From Octopus sinensis (taxonomy: Eukaryota): a DNA stretch of 64,000 nt. The notes beneath the pieces are model-generated. The model searched no databases. It had not been told where the DNA came from and was given only the letters and a program-made list of their open reading frames with translations. A program made the position numbers and the translations under genes. Shown here one piece after another: positions 39,932 through 53,329 of the stretch (the first letter of the stretch is position 1; every line of letters starts with the position of its first letter). The stretch covers positions 4,836,001 through 4,900,000 of the forward strand of contig NC_043009.1 in the NCBI RefSeq assembly GCF_006345805.1, given 5' to 3'.

Positions 39932-40212
39932 GCTGAGACCCCCTTCGGTCATGACAGACCATGGGTTGCAACTAGAAAGTTACACTCCCAGGTACAAGTC
40001 CGGTCAAAGTTGTTTTTATGGAAGACCAGCAGTCGCCCATGCATACCGGCCTTCCCTCTCCCCTCTCTCATTTATACAGTTGAGTGAACAGTAGCAACGT
40101 GAAATATAGTGTCTTGCTCAAGAACACAACACGCAGCTCCGTCCGGAATTCGTACTCACAGCCTTACGATCGTAAGCTCGACGCTCTAACCACTTAGCTA
40201 TGCGTCTTCACT
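39932..40212 (-). mobile_element. SINE with family C head and a different tail
   Basis: GTGAAGACGCATAGCTAAGTGGTTAGAGC head; 11-bp TSD GGCAATCGACT (39921 and 40213). Confidence 0.8.
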
Positions 40213-41311
40213 GGCAATCGACTATAGTTCATAAAATCCTTGTTTTCATAATCTTTCGTGCGCATTTGCAATTCCGTTATGATACTCCATTGGAGTTTTC
40301 ATTTATCTTCTCTTAACAACAGACCGAAATTCAGCTGCTAGTTCTTCATGAAGGATTGTTTTTGCAGTCATGATCTAATTAAAACAGTGCGACTGACAGC
40401 CTTGGTTCCAGATTATGTATAGGAATGTCCAATAATTTCTAGACTCTATTTAAGGAGAATGCGCTGTTGTATACAGTTTTATCTTTCTCTGTTATACAAG
40501 TCATTTGACTCCAGGTATTATGAATAAATATTGTTAAGTTTCGCTTTTTGCATTCTTACGATTAACACCAGTACGATGTGACCGCCCTTTTGTAAGTTAT
40601 CCAGACAGGAAGTAATTGTGCTGGTGGATTTTAATACCTACTTCTAATTTAGAGAATTTTGAGCACTTTTGATTTTCTTTTTAGCTGAAATTGAACATAA
40701 ATTGAAAGCTTTATCACTTTTCCACATTAATATTGTTAACGATATTATTAGCTAACACTGGTACCCATATATCTATACTCACGTAAACAAACACTCACAT
40801 ATACATAAAACGAACAAACGCAAAACATGCAACGACAGAAATGTATAAAGCGGACACAGACACATAAATGCGAACACACCAGTTTAGAAATTCTTTGGAT
40901 AAAGGTTACGGAGAGACGGAAACTTTGACGCACTTGAAATTATATTCTAATAGAAAATCTATTATTAGACACAAAATTAAGAAATTGACGTTCGTTTTCT
41001 TCAGTATCATCCATTTGAATCTATGCATATAGACTTATTTCAATTACGAAAGAAAGACGATTACTACAGAGTAATTTACCATCACGTGATTTCTGAGTAG
41101 TTTTATTTCTAAATTATATGATAGACTATACTAAAGATTGTAAAATTTCACATTCTTTACTGCATAATAGGTGAAAGATAAGTCAGAAGCAGATATACTT
41201 GAAAATACAACAAATTTCATAACATTTCCGACAGTCGAAAATTGAATGGATTTGCGTGTATCTGCAGAAAATCTCGAAAGAAAGATAAAATAGTTTGATT
41301 CCACTGTGACA

Positions 41312-41689
41312 ATGGAATCAAGTATTGAATTGGCTAAATGTAAATACATTTATGCTCTCTCACTCTCTCTCTCTCTCTCTCTCTTTCTCTCCACAGACAG
41401 TTCCTCCTCCTTTTACCAGTTAAAACACTTGACGAACTGTGGCACAATAAATATAAGACTGACAGGTTCTGACCTTAGTAGGTTAAGAAATCAACAGTGG
41501 TCTTCGGATATAAGTGAAGGATCTAAACATAAGTAACTAAAGGCAACAATTCATTTTCTCTGATCTTCTTACAGTGTTTTGACATTCCACCAGCTGCAGT
41601 TTGTTTTAACATTGATTTTCTTTTATAGTAGAAGCAGGTCAAATATTATAGGACTACAATCGAATAAAGTGACTGGCTCTATATTACAG
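41312..41689 (+). pseudogene. Putative spliced Ulp1/C48-protease-like fragment (exons ~41312-41339, 41397-41532, 41629-41689)
   Basis: Phase-compatible GT-AG introns. Joined peptide ..INIRLTGSDLSRLRNQQWSSDISEGSKHNRSRSNIIGLQS.. resembles the Ulp1 'LT..DL..L...WLND' and 'I.GLQ' motifs. The upstream frame has stops. Confidence 0.3.
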
Positions 41690-42110
41690 GTAGTTATTTT
41701 TACCGAACTCTGTAGGATAGAACACATGCTCATTTATAAAAGAACGCAGAAAAATAGTAAAGTCGCGATACTGTTCATTCGTTTCTGCCAATGCTTCTGT
41801 TTTCATCATGAACAAAAAGTAGTATTAATTATAAATTTGTCATGATAAATGCGCGCTCAAAGACAAGCGGGAAGAAGTGACTATGATTAAATATTCACAT
41901 ATAAATTAGTGTTATCGTGAAATTATAGGCTCGGTTGTAAAGGGCCTTGCTTCTTGCAAAATGTCCCTCAAAAATTTCAGTTAAAATAACATTGATGTCG
42001 AATCTAGATTTTGTGTCAGGTACTTATGTTAATTTTATAAAATATATTCTTCGCTGAAATATGAATCGGATCTCTGCTACAAATCACTATTTAAATACGT
42101 TTTGAAATAG

Positions 42111-42550
42111 TACGGCGGCGAGCGAGCTGGCAGAGTCGTTAGCACGCCGGACGAAATGCTTAGCGGTATTTCGTCTGCCGTTACGTTCTGAATTCAAGTT
42201 CCGTCGAGGTCGACTTTGCTTTTTCATCCTTCAGGGTCGATAAATTAAGTACCAGTTACGCACTGGGGTCGATATAATCGACTTAATCCGTTTGTCTGTC
42301 CTTGTTTGTTCTCTCTGTGTTTAGCCCCTTGTGGGTAGTAAAGAAATAGAAATTAGTATATCGTCTGTCTTTAAATTCTGAGTTCAAATTCCGCCGAGAT
42401 CGACTTTGCCTTTCATTCTTTCGGGCTTGATAAATTAAGTAACAGTTACTCACTACGCACTGGGGTCGATGTAATCGACTTAATCCCTTTGTCTGTCCTT
42501 GTTTGTGTCCTCTATGTTTAGCCCCTTGTGGGCAATAAAGAAATAGAAAT
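42111..42550 (+). mobile_element. SINE family B with internally duplicated body (dimer)
   Basis: Core at ~42170-42350 and again at ~42360-42548; one 12-bp TSD GTTTTGAAATAG (42099 and 42551). Confidence 0.9.
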
Positions 42551-43865
42551 GTTTTGAAATAGCTGAGTATTTGGGCATTGTATAATCTTATCCTCAATAA
42601 TTGCTAGATTTACTTGTGTCTTGAATACTTTCATCTAAGTATAAGTCAAGTACAAATTCTGTTTAATTAAAAACATTCTACTGCGTAATTTCTGCTTTTT
42701 CTTTTGACAATAAAAAATATTCGCTTAGCGATTCCAATTAAATAGAGATCTCTGTAATTTTGCAAAAAGAGAGTTAGTTTTCGAGAAGAAAACTTCTACC
42801 ATAATTTTAAAACAAATTGTTGATGTTGACAGTAAATATATATGTGTAACAAAATATCCTGTATTTGTAATAAATTTGAATTCTGTGTTAAAAAAAAAAT
42901 ATTTGTATTTTTTGTTTACGTGTGTAAATGATAATTATTGTTTCCAGTAGCCGTTCTTATGTGAAATTTCTGCCTGTTTCGTACGTTTCGAATATTTATT
43001 TATCTACTTCGTATACTTTTTCGATCTGTAATTTGATAATACATCTTAATTAAACCTGAAACTCGAGACAGCAGGCATTTATTTCTATTTCTTGTTTTTT
43101 GTTATCTATTTATACCAATTCACCACCGACGTATGGCATGAGCCATAAAAAGGTCAATCTGATAACAGGACAAATGTCGACACCTGGTCATTGATTGGCT
43201 GAAAAGGAAAACAAAAAAAAAAATAATAAGATGAAGTATATATCAAAATCTGTTTTTTTTCTCATCCAAGCCAGTGAAAAAAAATTACTACAACAATAAA
43301 CGATACAAGCAGAAGTGGAATAAGAACAATAACAACATTTAAAATAACATCAATACAAACAATATTAACAAAAGATGAACAGCAACAAAAAAAAAATAAT
43401 TGATTTCTTAATTTTAGCACATGACCATATTTAGCTGATCGGTGTCGTCGATATATTTGACCTCAGTGTTTGGCTGGTATTTAAGTTAACCTAAAATAGA
43501 TGAAAAGCGAAGTCGACCACTACAGTATTCCAAATTACAATATTACTAAATCCCGTAACACTTTTTGTTATGTATATATTTCTAATTTGCAATCAATTTT
43601 TCAATCTAAAAGAATTAATTTAAAAAGAAAATATATATATAAACAACCATGACACCACGATGTAGAGATTATGAAGATAATTATAATGCCGATGATGATT
43701 ATGATGATGATGTATAAAAATAACCACAGTGATCGTGATGATGGTGGGGGTCAAATGCTGTTTACCCACTTCAAGTACGAGCAGGGAAACTATGGTAAAA
43801 GCCCTTCCTACAGCAACCTGTCCGTCTTTCGAATATCATGCCGGGAAATTTTATATAATGTATTC

Positions 43866-44040
43866 AGGCGGCAAGCTAGAAGAATCGTATGCACGCCGGG
43901 AAAATGCTTAGTGGCATTTCGTCCATCCTTACGTTCCGAGTTCGAATTCCGCCAAGGCGGATTTTGCATTGGGGTCGATGAAATCGATGCTAGCCAACCC
44001 CCAAATTGCTGATCTTGTGCCAAAATCTGAAACCAATATT
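43866..44040 (+). mobile_element. SINE family B (internally deleted)
   Basis: AGGCGGCAAGCTAG..GCACGCCGGG..GAGTTCGAATTCCGCC..GTGCCAAAATCTGAAACC. Confidence 0.75.
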
Positions 44041-44300
44041 ACATAATAGCTTCTCTTAATCTAAAATAGTATGATGAGATTTAAGACAAATTCGGTTGCT
44101 ATTTCTGGAAGGTCACAGGAACATATAGGCGTTCACTGATGACAGGATGGGTATAAAGCATAATTTACATTATGCCGATACTGATGAGGATGACGATGGC
44201 AATGATATTGATGTTGATTGTGATAAACATGATGGGGCTAACTATGTACCCCTAAAACAAATATGTGTAAGGCACATGGACAGATGAAAAATAAAACAAA

Positions 44301-44362
<62 letters not shown>

Positions 44363-44364
44363 CG

Positions 44365-44396
<32 letters not shown>

Positions 44397-44427
44397 TTAT
44401 ATATATATATATATTATATATATATAT

Positions 44428-44518
<91 letters not shown>

Positions 44519-45649
44519 ATAATATATATATATATGTTTGTATGTATGTACATACAAACACAAAATAGATTGACATCCGAAAGGTCACAATTATATACCA
44601 GAAAGTCTTGTTGGCTCGATGACATGGCGTACTTACAATGTTGCCATTGAAGCTTTAATGACCGTCTTAATATGTGACACTTTGAAACGTAAAGTTCAGC
44701 ATCTGCTTTTTGAAGGGTGGTTTATACTGTCAGTTGGTATAGAGTTACTTAATCAGCTCATTCGCGGCTGTTCTGTTTCTATTTCTCTCACTTTCCCTAA
44801 ATAAAAGTAATTACGGCTCTTGTATTATTATTGTTATTTGTTTTGTTTATTCTTTTTTGTTTTTGTTTTCAATTTTCAACAGAGATCCGTACCATGAACC
44901 ACAAGCTCACTCCCGAGGATCAAAAGGCCGCGACCCGTTTACCAACTTCTCTTAAATACACAACAGTTCAATCGTGGTGTTTAATATCCTGCGGGAAGAC
45001 AAATAAGAACATACAAACTTCAAACCTACTTTTGCTTGAAACAGGTTAACTTGTGTTTAGTGAAAAGATATTAATGTTAAGGCCTTTAACATGTAAATCT
45101 CAAAGTATTTGTTCACATTTTTACATTTGCATTTTAGAAGAACTGTTGCTATTTTTTCGGTTTATTTTGGGTATTTGTTTTATCATAGTATTCCTGATTT
45201 GTTTCTTCTGTTAATGCCTAAAGTCCACGCCAGTTATTATTTTCTATGTTTCTTTTTTCGTAGTCATATGCCATATACTTAACTAGATTGCCCAGCTTAC
45301 TATTGAATTTCTGTTCACCTTATTTGCTATTTCATTACATTTACATTCTTAACGCCCTTAGCAACATACGAACGTAGACGTTTTCATATTTTTCGTTGCT
45401 AATATTATTAGTATTCATTCTTACGTAGGATGTTATTAAGAAATTCTGATTTGGTGGAAAGTTAAATTTGCTAAAACGCCAGAAAAAAAAAAGAAACATA
45501 TCAGGCAATGTACTCCAAGGTTATGAATAGACGAACGTATCGACTTTTCTGTGTATACACGTAGGGATATATTTTCTTACATATTTTCCTAAGATATTTC
45601 ACGTAACAACTTTAGTTGTAAATCTGGTGGCTTCATTTAACTAACATAA

Positions 45650-46043
45650 TCTTTATATATAAAAGTAAGGTTGTGTGTCTGTCTCCTACGATTTAGATTC
45701 CTAACTACTCCCACATTTTGCGGTGCAGTTTAACCAAAACCGGGTATCTTATAGTCGTGATTCATATCGAGCCCTTCTGGGTATTAGCGCGCGTCTACGA
45801 TGAGTCTACGATTTAAAAAAAAATTACCATCATTTTTTCCATTTTAATGCATTTTTCGCTATTATATAAGGGAAGTAACTCTCTAAAAATGTCTACGATG
45901 TGTCAACGATTTTAAAAAAAAATTACCATAATTTTTTTTCCATTTTTAATGCATTTTTTGCTATCTTTTGGCTATAACTCTCTAAAAATGATTATATAGT
46001 TATTTCCCTTACAAACCCGAGCAACGCCGGGCGATACTGCTAG
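45650..46043 (+). mobile_element. Non-autonomous Helitron
   Basis: A|TC...CCCGAGCAACGCCGGG hairpin-CGATACTG-CTAG|T: 5' TC, 3' CTAG, AT target, no TSD; internal ~90-bp duplication (GTCTACGATG...AACTCTCTAAAAATG). Confidence 0.85.
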
Positions 46044-46287
46044 TTTATTATATACCAACTTTTCCGTGTCATGAATAAGAAATGGAGTAAGAGTATTACC
46101 ATTTTTGATAATCGTGTACAACTGTGGAAGCTTTTGTCGGGATGATTAGAAATAAAGTCGAATTGTAGCAATGTCGTGTGAACACTGACGCGGCGATTGC
46201 TTTCTCTGCAAACTCGTCTCACCATCTTTGTTGTCGTTTGTTACCATCATGTCCCACAAATACGTCGACAGCATATAGACTCCTTCA

Positions 46288-46300
46288 ACTACTACTACTG

Positions 46301-46341
<41 letters not shown>

Positions 46342-46363
46342 GCTGCTGCTACTACTACTATTG

Positions 46364-46398
<35 letters not shown>

Positions 46399-46853
46399 GC
46401 TGCTGCTGCTACTACCACTACTACTACTACTATTGCTGCTACAGCTACTACTACTACTACTAGTATTACTATTATTATTACTACTACTACTACTACTACT
46501 TCTGCTTCTACTACTACTACTACTACTACTACTACTATTTCTTCTTCTTCTTCAACTACTACTACAACTATTACAACAACTACTACTACTACTACTACTA
46601 CTTATTCTACTACTATTACTACTGCTACTACTACTACTACTACTACTAACTCTACTACTACTGCGACAATACTTCCTCTCTTCCTCCCCTACTACTACTA
46701 CTGCTACTACAACTACTACTAATTCTACTCCTCCTCCTACTACTACTACCACTACTACTACTACTACCACCCGGTAACACTACAACAATATTTACTACTA
46801 TTGCGATAACACCTCCTCCTCCTCTCCCTTCCCCTCTTCCTACTACTACTACT
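46288..46853. repeat. (CTA/CTG)n compound microsatellite
   Basis: Direct reading; source of the poly-Leu and poly-Tyr ORFs. Confidence 0.95.
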
Positions 46854-46869
46854 AAGTAGGGGCTTATAC

Positions 46870-47070
46870 CAGGTTCCTTAACTTATAAACAATCGAGTGT
46901 GAGGCACTCCTCCCCCAATGGCACGTCAATCCATTCCAGGATTGTTGTCCCGTATTTCGTGCTGCGAGAAGAGGGAACAGCCTGAAAAGAAATGTTTTTA
47001 ACCCAGAAAACAGCACGCCACCCGGTCTCAGGATCGAAACTATGACCTTACAATCCACGAGAAAGCGCAT
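46870..47070 (-). mobile_element. Decayed tRNA-derived SINE (C/D-like head)
   Basis: Minus strand GTAAGGTCATAGTTTCGATCCTGAGACCGGG. Confidence 0.5.
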
Positions 47071-47189
47071 AATTGGTTACACCACGAAATATGTACGGGA
47101 GTCTATTAACACCTATAATATTCGTTTCATCCGCATCACTATCGTCGTCATCATCATCATCATCACCATTATTATTATTGTTATTATTA

Positions 47190-47368
47190 TATGTTTGACA
47201 TTTTTCAGGTAGGTGTTTAGGCCAAGTGTGGCAATCTTCTGGTTCAGAGTGGTTCTCCATGATCTCATACTTACAGACAAAGAAATTTCGCAGAGTAGGT
47301 TCTATTTTATACATTTCCAGACATTTCGTAATCCAGCTATGTGGTAGACTATCAAAAGCGTTTTTTTC
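47190..47368 (-). pseudogene. R4/Dong LINE RT fragment
   Basis: KNAFDSLPHSWITKCLEMYKI (DxxKAFDSxxHxW motif), next to (TTA)n. Confidence 0.7.
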
Positions 47369-48019
47369 TTATCCAAATTGAAGAAGTGAAACTGGTGAAA
47401 AAAGCGAGTGTGTAACTCTCGATACCAATAAATTGTTATTGTACCTTATTGTACACTGGCCACTTTTCGCTCCCTCAATCGTCCACATACTGCTTGAAGC
47501 TTATTAACGTCCAACTCTCGAATCTCCAGACGTATACATATATTTGTATGTATGGAAAAAGATGGCTAGATTGATTGAGAGCTAGATCGATAGATATGAT
47601 ATATACATGTGTGTGTATATGCGCATATATATATATATTATATATATATATATATACAGATATACTTATATTAGTATGTAAAGTTGGCTATACATAAATA
47701 CAAAGGGGAACTTGCCAGCTAGTAGCAGCCATTTGTTTCTTATTCAATGCCCCACGTTTCAGAACGTTGCATTTTTGTGATGGTGTATCACATCCACCCA
47801 TTCCAATTAAATAATTGCCAGTAACATAATATATTTAACATGGGCATTTTTTTCATTACCATAAAAATAACTTTCTGAATCAGTTATTAGAGAATAAAAA
47901 AAATAGACATTAATAAGAATACAGGAAAAATAGTCCGAGCTAGACATGTTCACGACTGTCATGTATTATTGTATCATATATATGTGCCGTAGACAAAGAT
48001 ATAAAAGAAATTGTTGTTG

Positions 48020-48050
<31 letters not shown>

Positions 48051-48077
48051 CATTATTATTATTATTATTATTATTAC

Positions 48078-48267
48078 TAAGGGGCGTGATTGCAGAATTG
48101 TGATCTCGCCGGGCGAGATGCTTAGCGGCTTTTCGTCCGTCCTAGGTCGACTTTACCTTTTCATTTTCTCGGGGTCGATAAATTAAGTACCAGTTGCGTA
48201 CTGGTGTCGATCACATCCACTAAACCTCTCACCCAAAATTTCGGCCCTTGTGCCTAGTTTAGAAAAG

Positions 48268-48268
<1 letters not shown>
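48078..48268 (+). mobile_element. SINE family B
   Basis: GCCGGGCGAGATGCTTAGCGG..GGGGTCGATAAATTAAGTACCAG. Confidence 0.7.
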
Positions 48269-48304
<36 letters not shown>

Positions 48305-48321
48305 TATTATTATTATTATTG

Positions 48322-48739
48322 ACTGAGGGAGAAGTGACACTGGGGTAAAATATACGAAGCCCAGTATACCCATCCTGACCACCTATATGATAAGGGTACA
48401 TAAGGCACATGCATCACAACCATATGTGCTTGAAACGGTGATCTTATATCAATATAAACAGCAGGTGGGTCCCAGTTAGAATTTTGTTCACATCGAGTAA
48501 TCCATCCAACACAAAAGTTCCCCGAATAAGGCTTGTTTAAGGATGTTGAACGAAACACTCACGTTTCGAAATGTGAATTACCCAAATCCTAAAGAATTTC
48601 TCTCATCACATGGTTATGATGCTCCTGCACTACTTCTGCACATATCGTTAGGCACTAAGGGACATGATCAGCTGGTTAAGGTCAAACAACTGAGAAGCAA
48701 ATCTGTTGTATTTGCTGTAGCCCATCTTTTATACCAAGA

Positions 48740-48740
<1 letters not shown>
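48322..48740. mobile_element. Unclassified ~420-bp segment between (TTA)n tracts
   Basis: Sharp (TTA)n borders next to the Dong 3' end; no convincing ORF. Confidence 0.35.
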
Positions 48741-48789
<49 letters not shown>

Positions 48790-48834
48790 TATTATTATTA
48801 TTATTATTTTATTATTACTATTATTATTATTATT

Positions 48835-49043
48835 CAGTAGTTTTATTTTTATAGCGTGCTTTCACTTCACTACCGAGCGCAGCTCTGTGTGCCTTGGGTA
48901 TGTGCTGTGATTTGTTGTGATGCTCTGATGGTTATTGTACGGAAAGTGTTCTGCGTAGGATGTGTGCAGTGCCTAGTAGTGCAATTTTCTGTATGTTATA
49001 AGTGTTTGTAAGTCCTGGTGTTTTTGTTATGTATTTGTCTGAA

Positions 49044-49127
<84 letters not shown>

Positions 49128-49560
49128 GCACATGTTTATACCATTTGTCAGTTTTTATGTTGTAGTGTTGGCATATTGTCCAGTAGATATAACTACTCAC
49201 TCGGTCGTGCCTGCGTATATATTCAGATTTGACAAGGACCGGACAGCCAGAGATGATGTGGTCAACTGTCTCATTCCACTCGTTGCACATTCTGCACTTG
49301 GTGTTTGGGTCTATTTTGATTATTTTACTTCTATAGTCGTTCGTAGTCAGGTATTGGTCTTTGGCCACGAGAGAATCAGTCCCTCCGTTTCAACTCTTAG
49401 TCTAGAGCTGTTAATCCATTGTTGGCTTTCACTTAGGATTAGTTCTTCCCTGTCAGGCCTTGCAAGGTATTAGCAATCGACTGATTTTCTCACCGTTTCT
49501 TCTTTAAATATGTTTTGTAATTCTGTTTTCATGTTACTTTTTTGCCTCTGCCCATTTCTG
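48835..49560 (-). mobile_element. R4/Dong LINE 3' end
   Basis: CRMCNEWNETVDHIISGC (CCHC) and YIRRHDRV; C-terminus QKIALLGTAHILRRTL, then a short 3' UTR ending in (TAA)n. Confidence 0.85.
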
Positions 49561-49690
49561 CTATGCAGTCATCTGAGATCATAGTATCCGTATATTATGT
49601 TTCTATTTCGAATTTTGTCGCCCCCTCATGAAGAGAGAAATGCGTTGTCTTTTTCTCGCGTTGCTTTATTACATGTAGTAATCTTATTGA

Positions 49691-49736
<46 letters not shown>

Positions 49737-49876
49737 AATAATAATAATATTATTATTACTTTACTATTATTTTGCAAAAAAAAGAGACGGTAGTATCGAG
49801 AGCATTTATATATATATATATATATATATATTGATACACCTATATTTATATGTATCTATAAATAAACAAATAAGTG

Positions 49877-49951
<75 letters not shown>

Positions 49952-50182
49952 CATAGAACACTGAATGTTCTTTGAACACTTAGGAGAAGAGAAAGGCTTC
50001 CAAACAGATGATTGTTTAGTCGTGTGAATATTTTAGACTAAACTACAATTCCACTCAGACATTTATATTGACCCATCCTGAAGTGAGTGACGCTATTTGT
50101 AAGTAATGATTCAAAAATAATTGTGGAGAAACTGAGAGCAAGCGATGAGGGGTGAGAAACAAATAGAAAGCAACTTAATGAG

Positions 50183-50185
<3 letters not shown>

Positions 50186-50260
<75 letters not shown>
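50186..50260. repeat. (GA)n microsatellite
   Basis: Direct reading. Confidence 0.9.
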
Positions 50261-50261
<1 letters not shown>

Positions 50262-50934
50262 TGACGGAGTAAGAAAGGGAGGAAATATAAGATATTTTAA
50301 AGACTTACTAGATATTTATACTCGAGTGAGTTGATCAGTCGATAGTGCATTTCAAGTATGAATCAGATGTCTGAAATCTTTGACCTCCTCAAAACAAAAT
50401 CCCAATAAAATGTCTCAAATTTTTGCAATCGTTGAAAATATTGATAGAAACAAAATTGACACACATTATTTAGTTATTGGTTGAGACCATCTGCATCGAA
50501 GAGTGCTTAATCTGTTGACATATTCCTATAAAACTCCCACCCGAAAAAAAGTGTTTCATGATGATTTTCAATTCCGCGAATTCAATATTTCCACTGTTTA
50601 ATTTTTACATAATTTCATTTCTTCTAAGTTTCAAATCAGCAAATTTCAAAGAAAACAATCACAACAAAAATATTCCATTGACAATTTGACTAAATATTAT
50701 ATATATATATATATATTAAATATATAAACGATATATTCGATAAAAAAGAATCGAGTTATGATTCGACAAAAACGACACACTTAAACGGATATATTGATAC
50801 AGTTTTATTTCCAAGAGTATGAGCAAAATATATGAAAAAGCTCCAATAGGGAATTGAAATTATATTACGATGTTGACTATTAGATTCACACATAATTCAT
50901 TGAGAAATAAATAATAAATAGAAATATTGTTTTC

Positions 50935-51522
50935 TCCTTTAGGCACAAGGCCTGAAATATTTAGAGTGGGGTGCAGTCGATTAGATCGACACCAGTACGC
51001 AAGTGTTACTTAATTTATCGACCCCGAAAAGATGAAACTAAAGTCGACCTCGGCGGAACTTAAACATTAAAGACAAAAAAAACTGTAAGCATTTTGGCCT
51101 GCGTCTAACGTTTCTTATTTCATTATTGCCCACAAGGGGCTAAACATGGATGGGACACACAAGGACAGACAAACGGATTAAGTCAATGACATCGACTCCA
51201 GTGTGAAACAGGTACTTAATTTATCGACCCCGGGAGGATGAAAGGCAAAGTCGACCTCGGCGGTATTTGAACTCAGAACGTAAAGACAGACGAAATACCT
51301 ATTTCTTTACTACCCACAAGGGGCTAAACACAAAGAGGACAAACAAAGACAGACAAACGGATTAAGTCGATTATATCGACCCCAGTGCGTATCTCCTACT
51401 TATTAATCGACCGCGAAAGGATGAAAGGCACCTCGTCGTAAGTTGAACTCAGAACGTAGCGGCAGACGAAATACCGCTAAGCATTTCGCCCGCCGTGCTC
51501 ACGTTTCTGCTTGATCACCGCT
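50935..51522 (-). mobile_element. SINE family B trimer
   Basis: One head (~51455-51522) and three successive core copies. Confidence 0.8.
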
Positions 51523-51779
51523 TTGCAAATAACAAATATTAAGTTAACTTAAACGTTGTAGTTCGAGCTTCAACGTGCTTCTGAAGTAGTGAAGAAAGAT
51601 AAGCACATAATAGGCTTTGTAGACAGTCTTTCAGTGCTTTTTTGAAGTACGGATTTGCATAAGGTGACTCAAACACATCCACAACTCGGGTGCAGTAAAA
51701 AAAAAACGATACCTAGTGACATTTTTGAAAGGTATTAATTCGTATTAGTTAATCCAGCGCATCTATTTTCTGAGTGAGA

Positions 51780-52250
51780 ACTCTTCTGAGAATGATTTAG
51801 AATGTTATACGAATTCATTTGTGGCTATTTGTATTAGTTTTCCTTGTTTCTGAAGTTGGTATTTCTGTAGTCATATGGTGGTTATTGTGTAATAGTTTTC
51901 TAGCTAATACAAATCTATATTTAAGAGATGGGGAATTATGTACATTATTTACATTATTTACATTATTTACATTTGTCGGATATCCGTCAAACGTAAATAA
52001 TGTAAATAATGTTTTCTAGCTGTATAAGGCATCTACCACATTCGATACGTTATATATATATATATATATATAACATTTGGTTGTCAGATTTTGGGTGGTG
52101 CATCCTAAATCCTGTCATTATTTTTCTTGTTTTCCTGTCTATTTTGATTAGTTTATTTAGAGTCCAGTTAAGAATATTATAACTAGTGTTGATACCTATT
52201 ATTTTGTTTTTTGCATTGAGCTCTGTATTCAGTATTAGTCTACGTAAAGT
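51780..52250 (-). pseudogene. R4/Dong LINE post-RT fragment
   Basis: LILNTELNAKNKIIGINT..LNWT..IDRKTRKIMTGFRMHHPKSD..LY. Confidence 0.8.
51951..52012. repeat. 62-bp near-perfect palindrome built from the PLE terminal sequence
   Basis: ACATTATTTACATTATTTACATTTGTCGGAT|ATCCGTCAAACGTAAATAATGTAAATAATGT; the right arm matches ATATCCGTCGAATGTAAATAATGTAAATAA at ~38592-38621. Confidence 0.75.
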
Positions 52251-52865
52251 CACGCTGTATTCTTCAAAAAAGAGAAAGACATTAATTCCTTGGGATACTA
52301 TGTTGGAAACACGAGTATGACACATAAGGCTGACACGTACTTGAATAATCGGCAATCAACGGTGGAGGCGGAGTACGGCTAAAACGCAAACATATATTAT
52401 ATTAATTAAATAAGAATTTAGCATATTTTGATAATGTGCCATCATTAACATAAATTATAATCACAAATGTTTACGTTAGTCTGAGGAAATTAACAAACAA
52501 CGATGGGTCCCGTCTTCTGAAGTTCAATGTATACATCAGGTTATTTTTTTTTTTACATTTGTTTTGCTTTCCTGCTTGTAGATATGTCACTTCGAATAAC
52601 TGCTTAATAGTTTTAAGACAGGCATGAATGCAATGTATATAATTCCGGCTCTATTACATTAACTACAGATAATTTGGATGTTGACACACATAGGCAAACA
52701 ATAAAATCGATGTGCTGTGACAAAATACTAACACACACATATTCAAAGAAACGCAATCACGCACGCGCACAAACAACTATCGTGCAAACAAGGATTATAT
52801 TTATATGCATGTGTATATACACATATTTATATATACATATACGTACATACATACATATATATATA

Positions 52866-52911
<46 letters not shown>

Positions 52912-52937
52912 TATATATATGTATGTATATTTCAAAA

Positions 52938-53142
52938 TGTGACCCCGTGTGTACCGTTGGCGATTTTTTTCCTCTGTCTTCCCTTCTCTGGATATTTCCT
53001 TCTCCTATGTTTCCGACGAAGAGCTCCGCTCGAAACGTTAAGCCCTCCTTCTTTCCTTCTTTCCTGAGCGTCCAATAATACTATATTTGTTCCACGTCCT
53101 CGCGTTATTGTTTTTTTTGTGCTTTCTTGTTTGGATTAACTT
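52938..53142 (+). mobile_element. Family H2 element; HHR-like motif at 53009-53043
   Basis: GTTT-CCGACGA-A-GAGC-tcc-GCTC-GAAAC-GTT-AAGC; TA-flanked. Confidence 0.7.
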
Positions 53143-53329
53143 TATATATATATATATATATATTACTTTATGTAATTAGGGTTCAACAAAAAAATTTGCT
53201 TTACCACACACCGAACTTTTAGAAATAGCAGCCAAAGAATTTAGCTATTTTCTCTACTGTTAGAAGAATCTCCCAGACAATGTATATATATATATACATT
53301 GTAATGTATATATATACATACATAATAAC

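Noticed and set aside
46146-46777. 199-aa poly-Leu ORF
   Set aside because: (CTA)n microsatellite.
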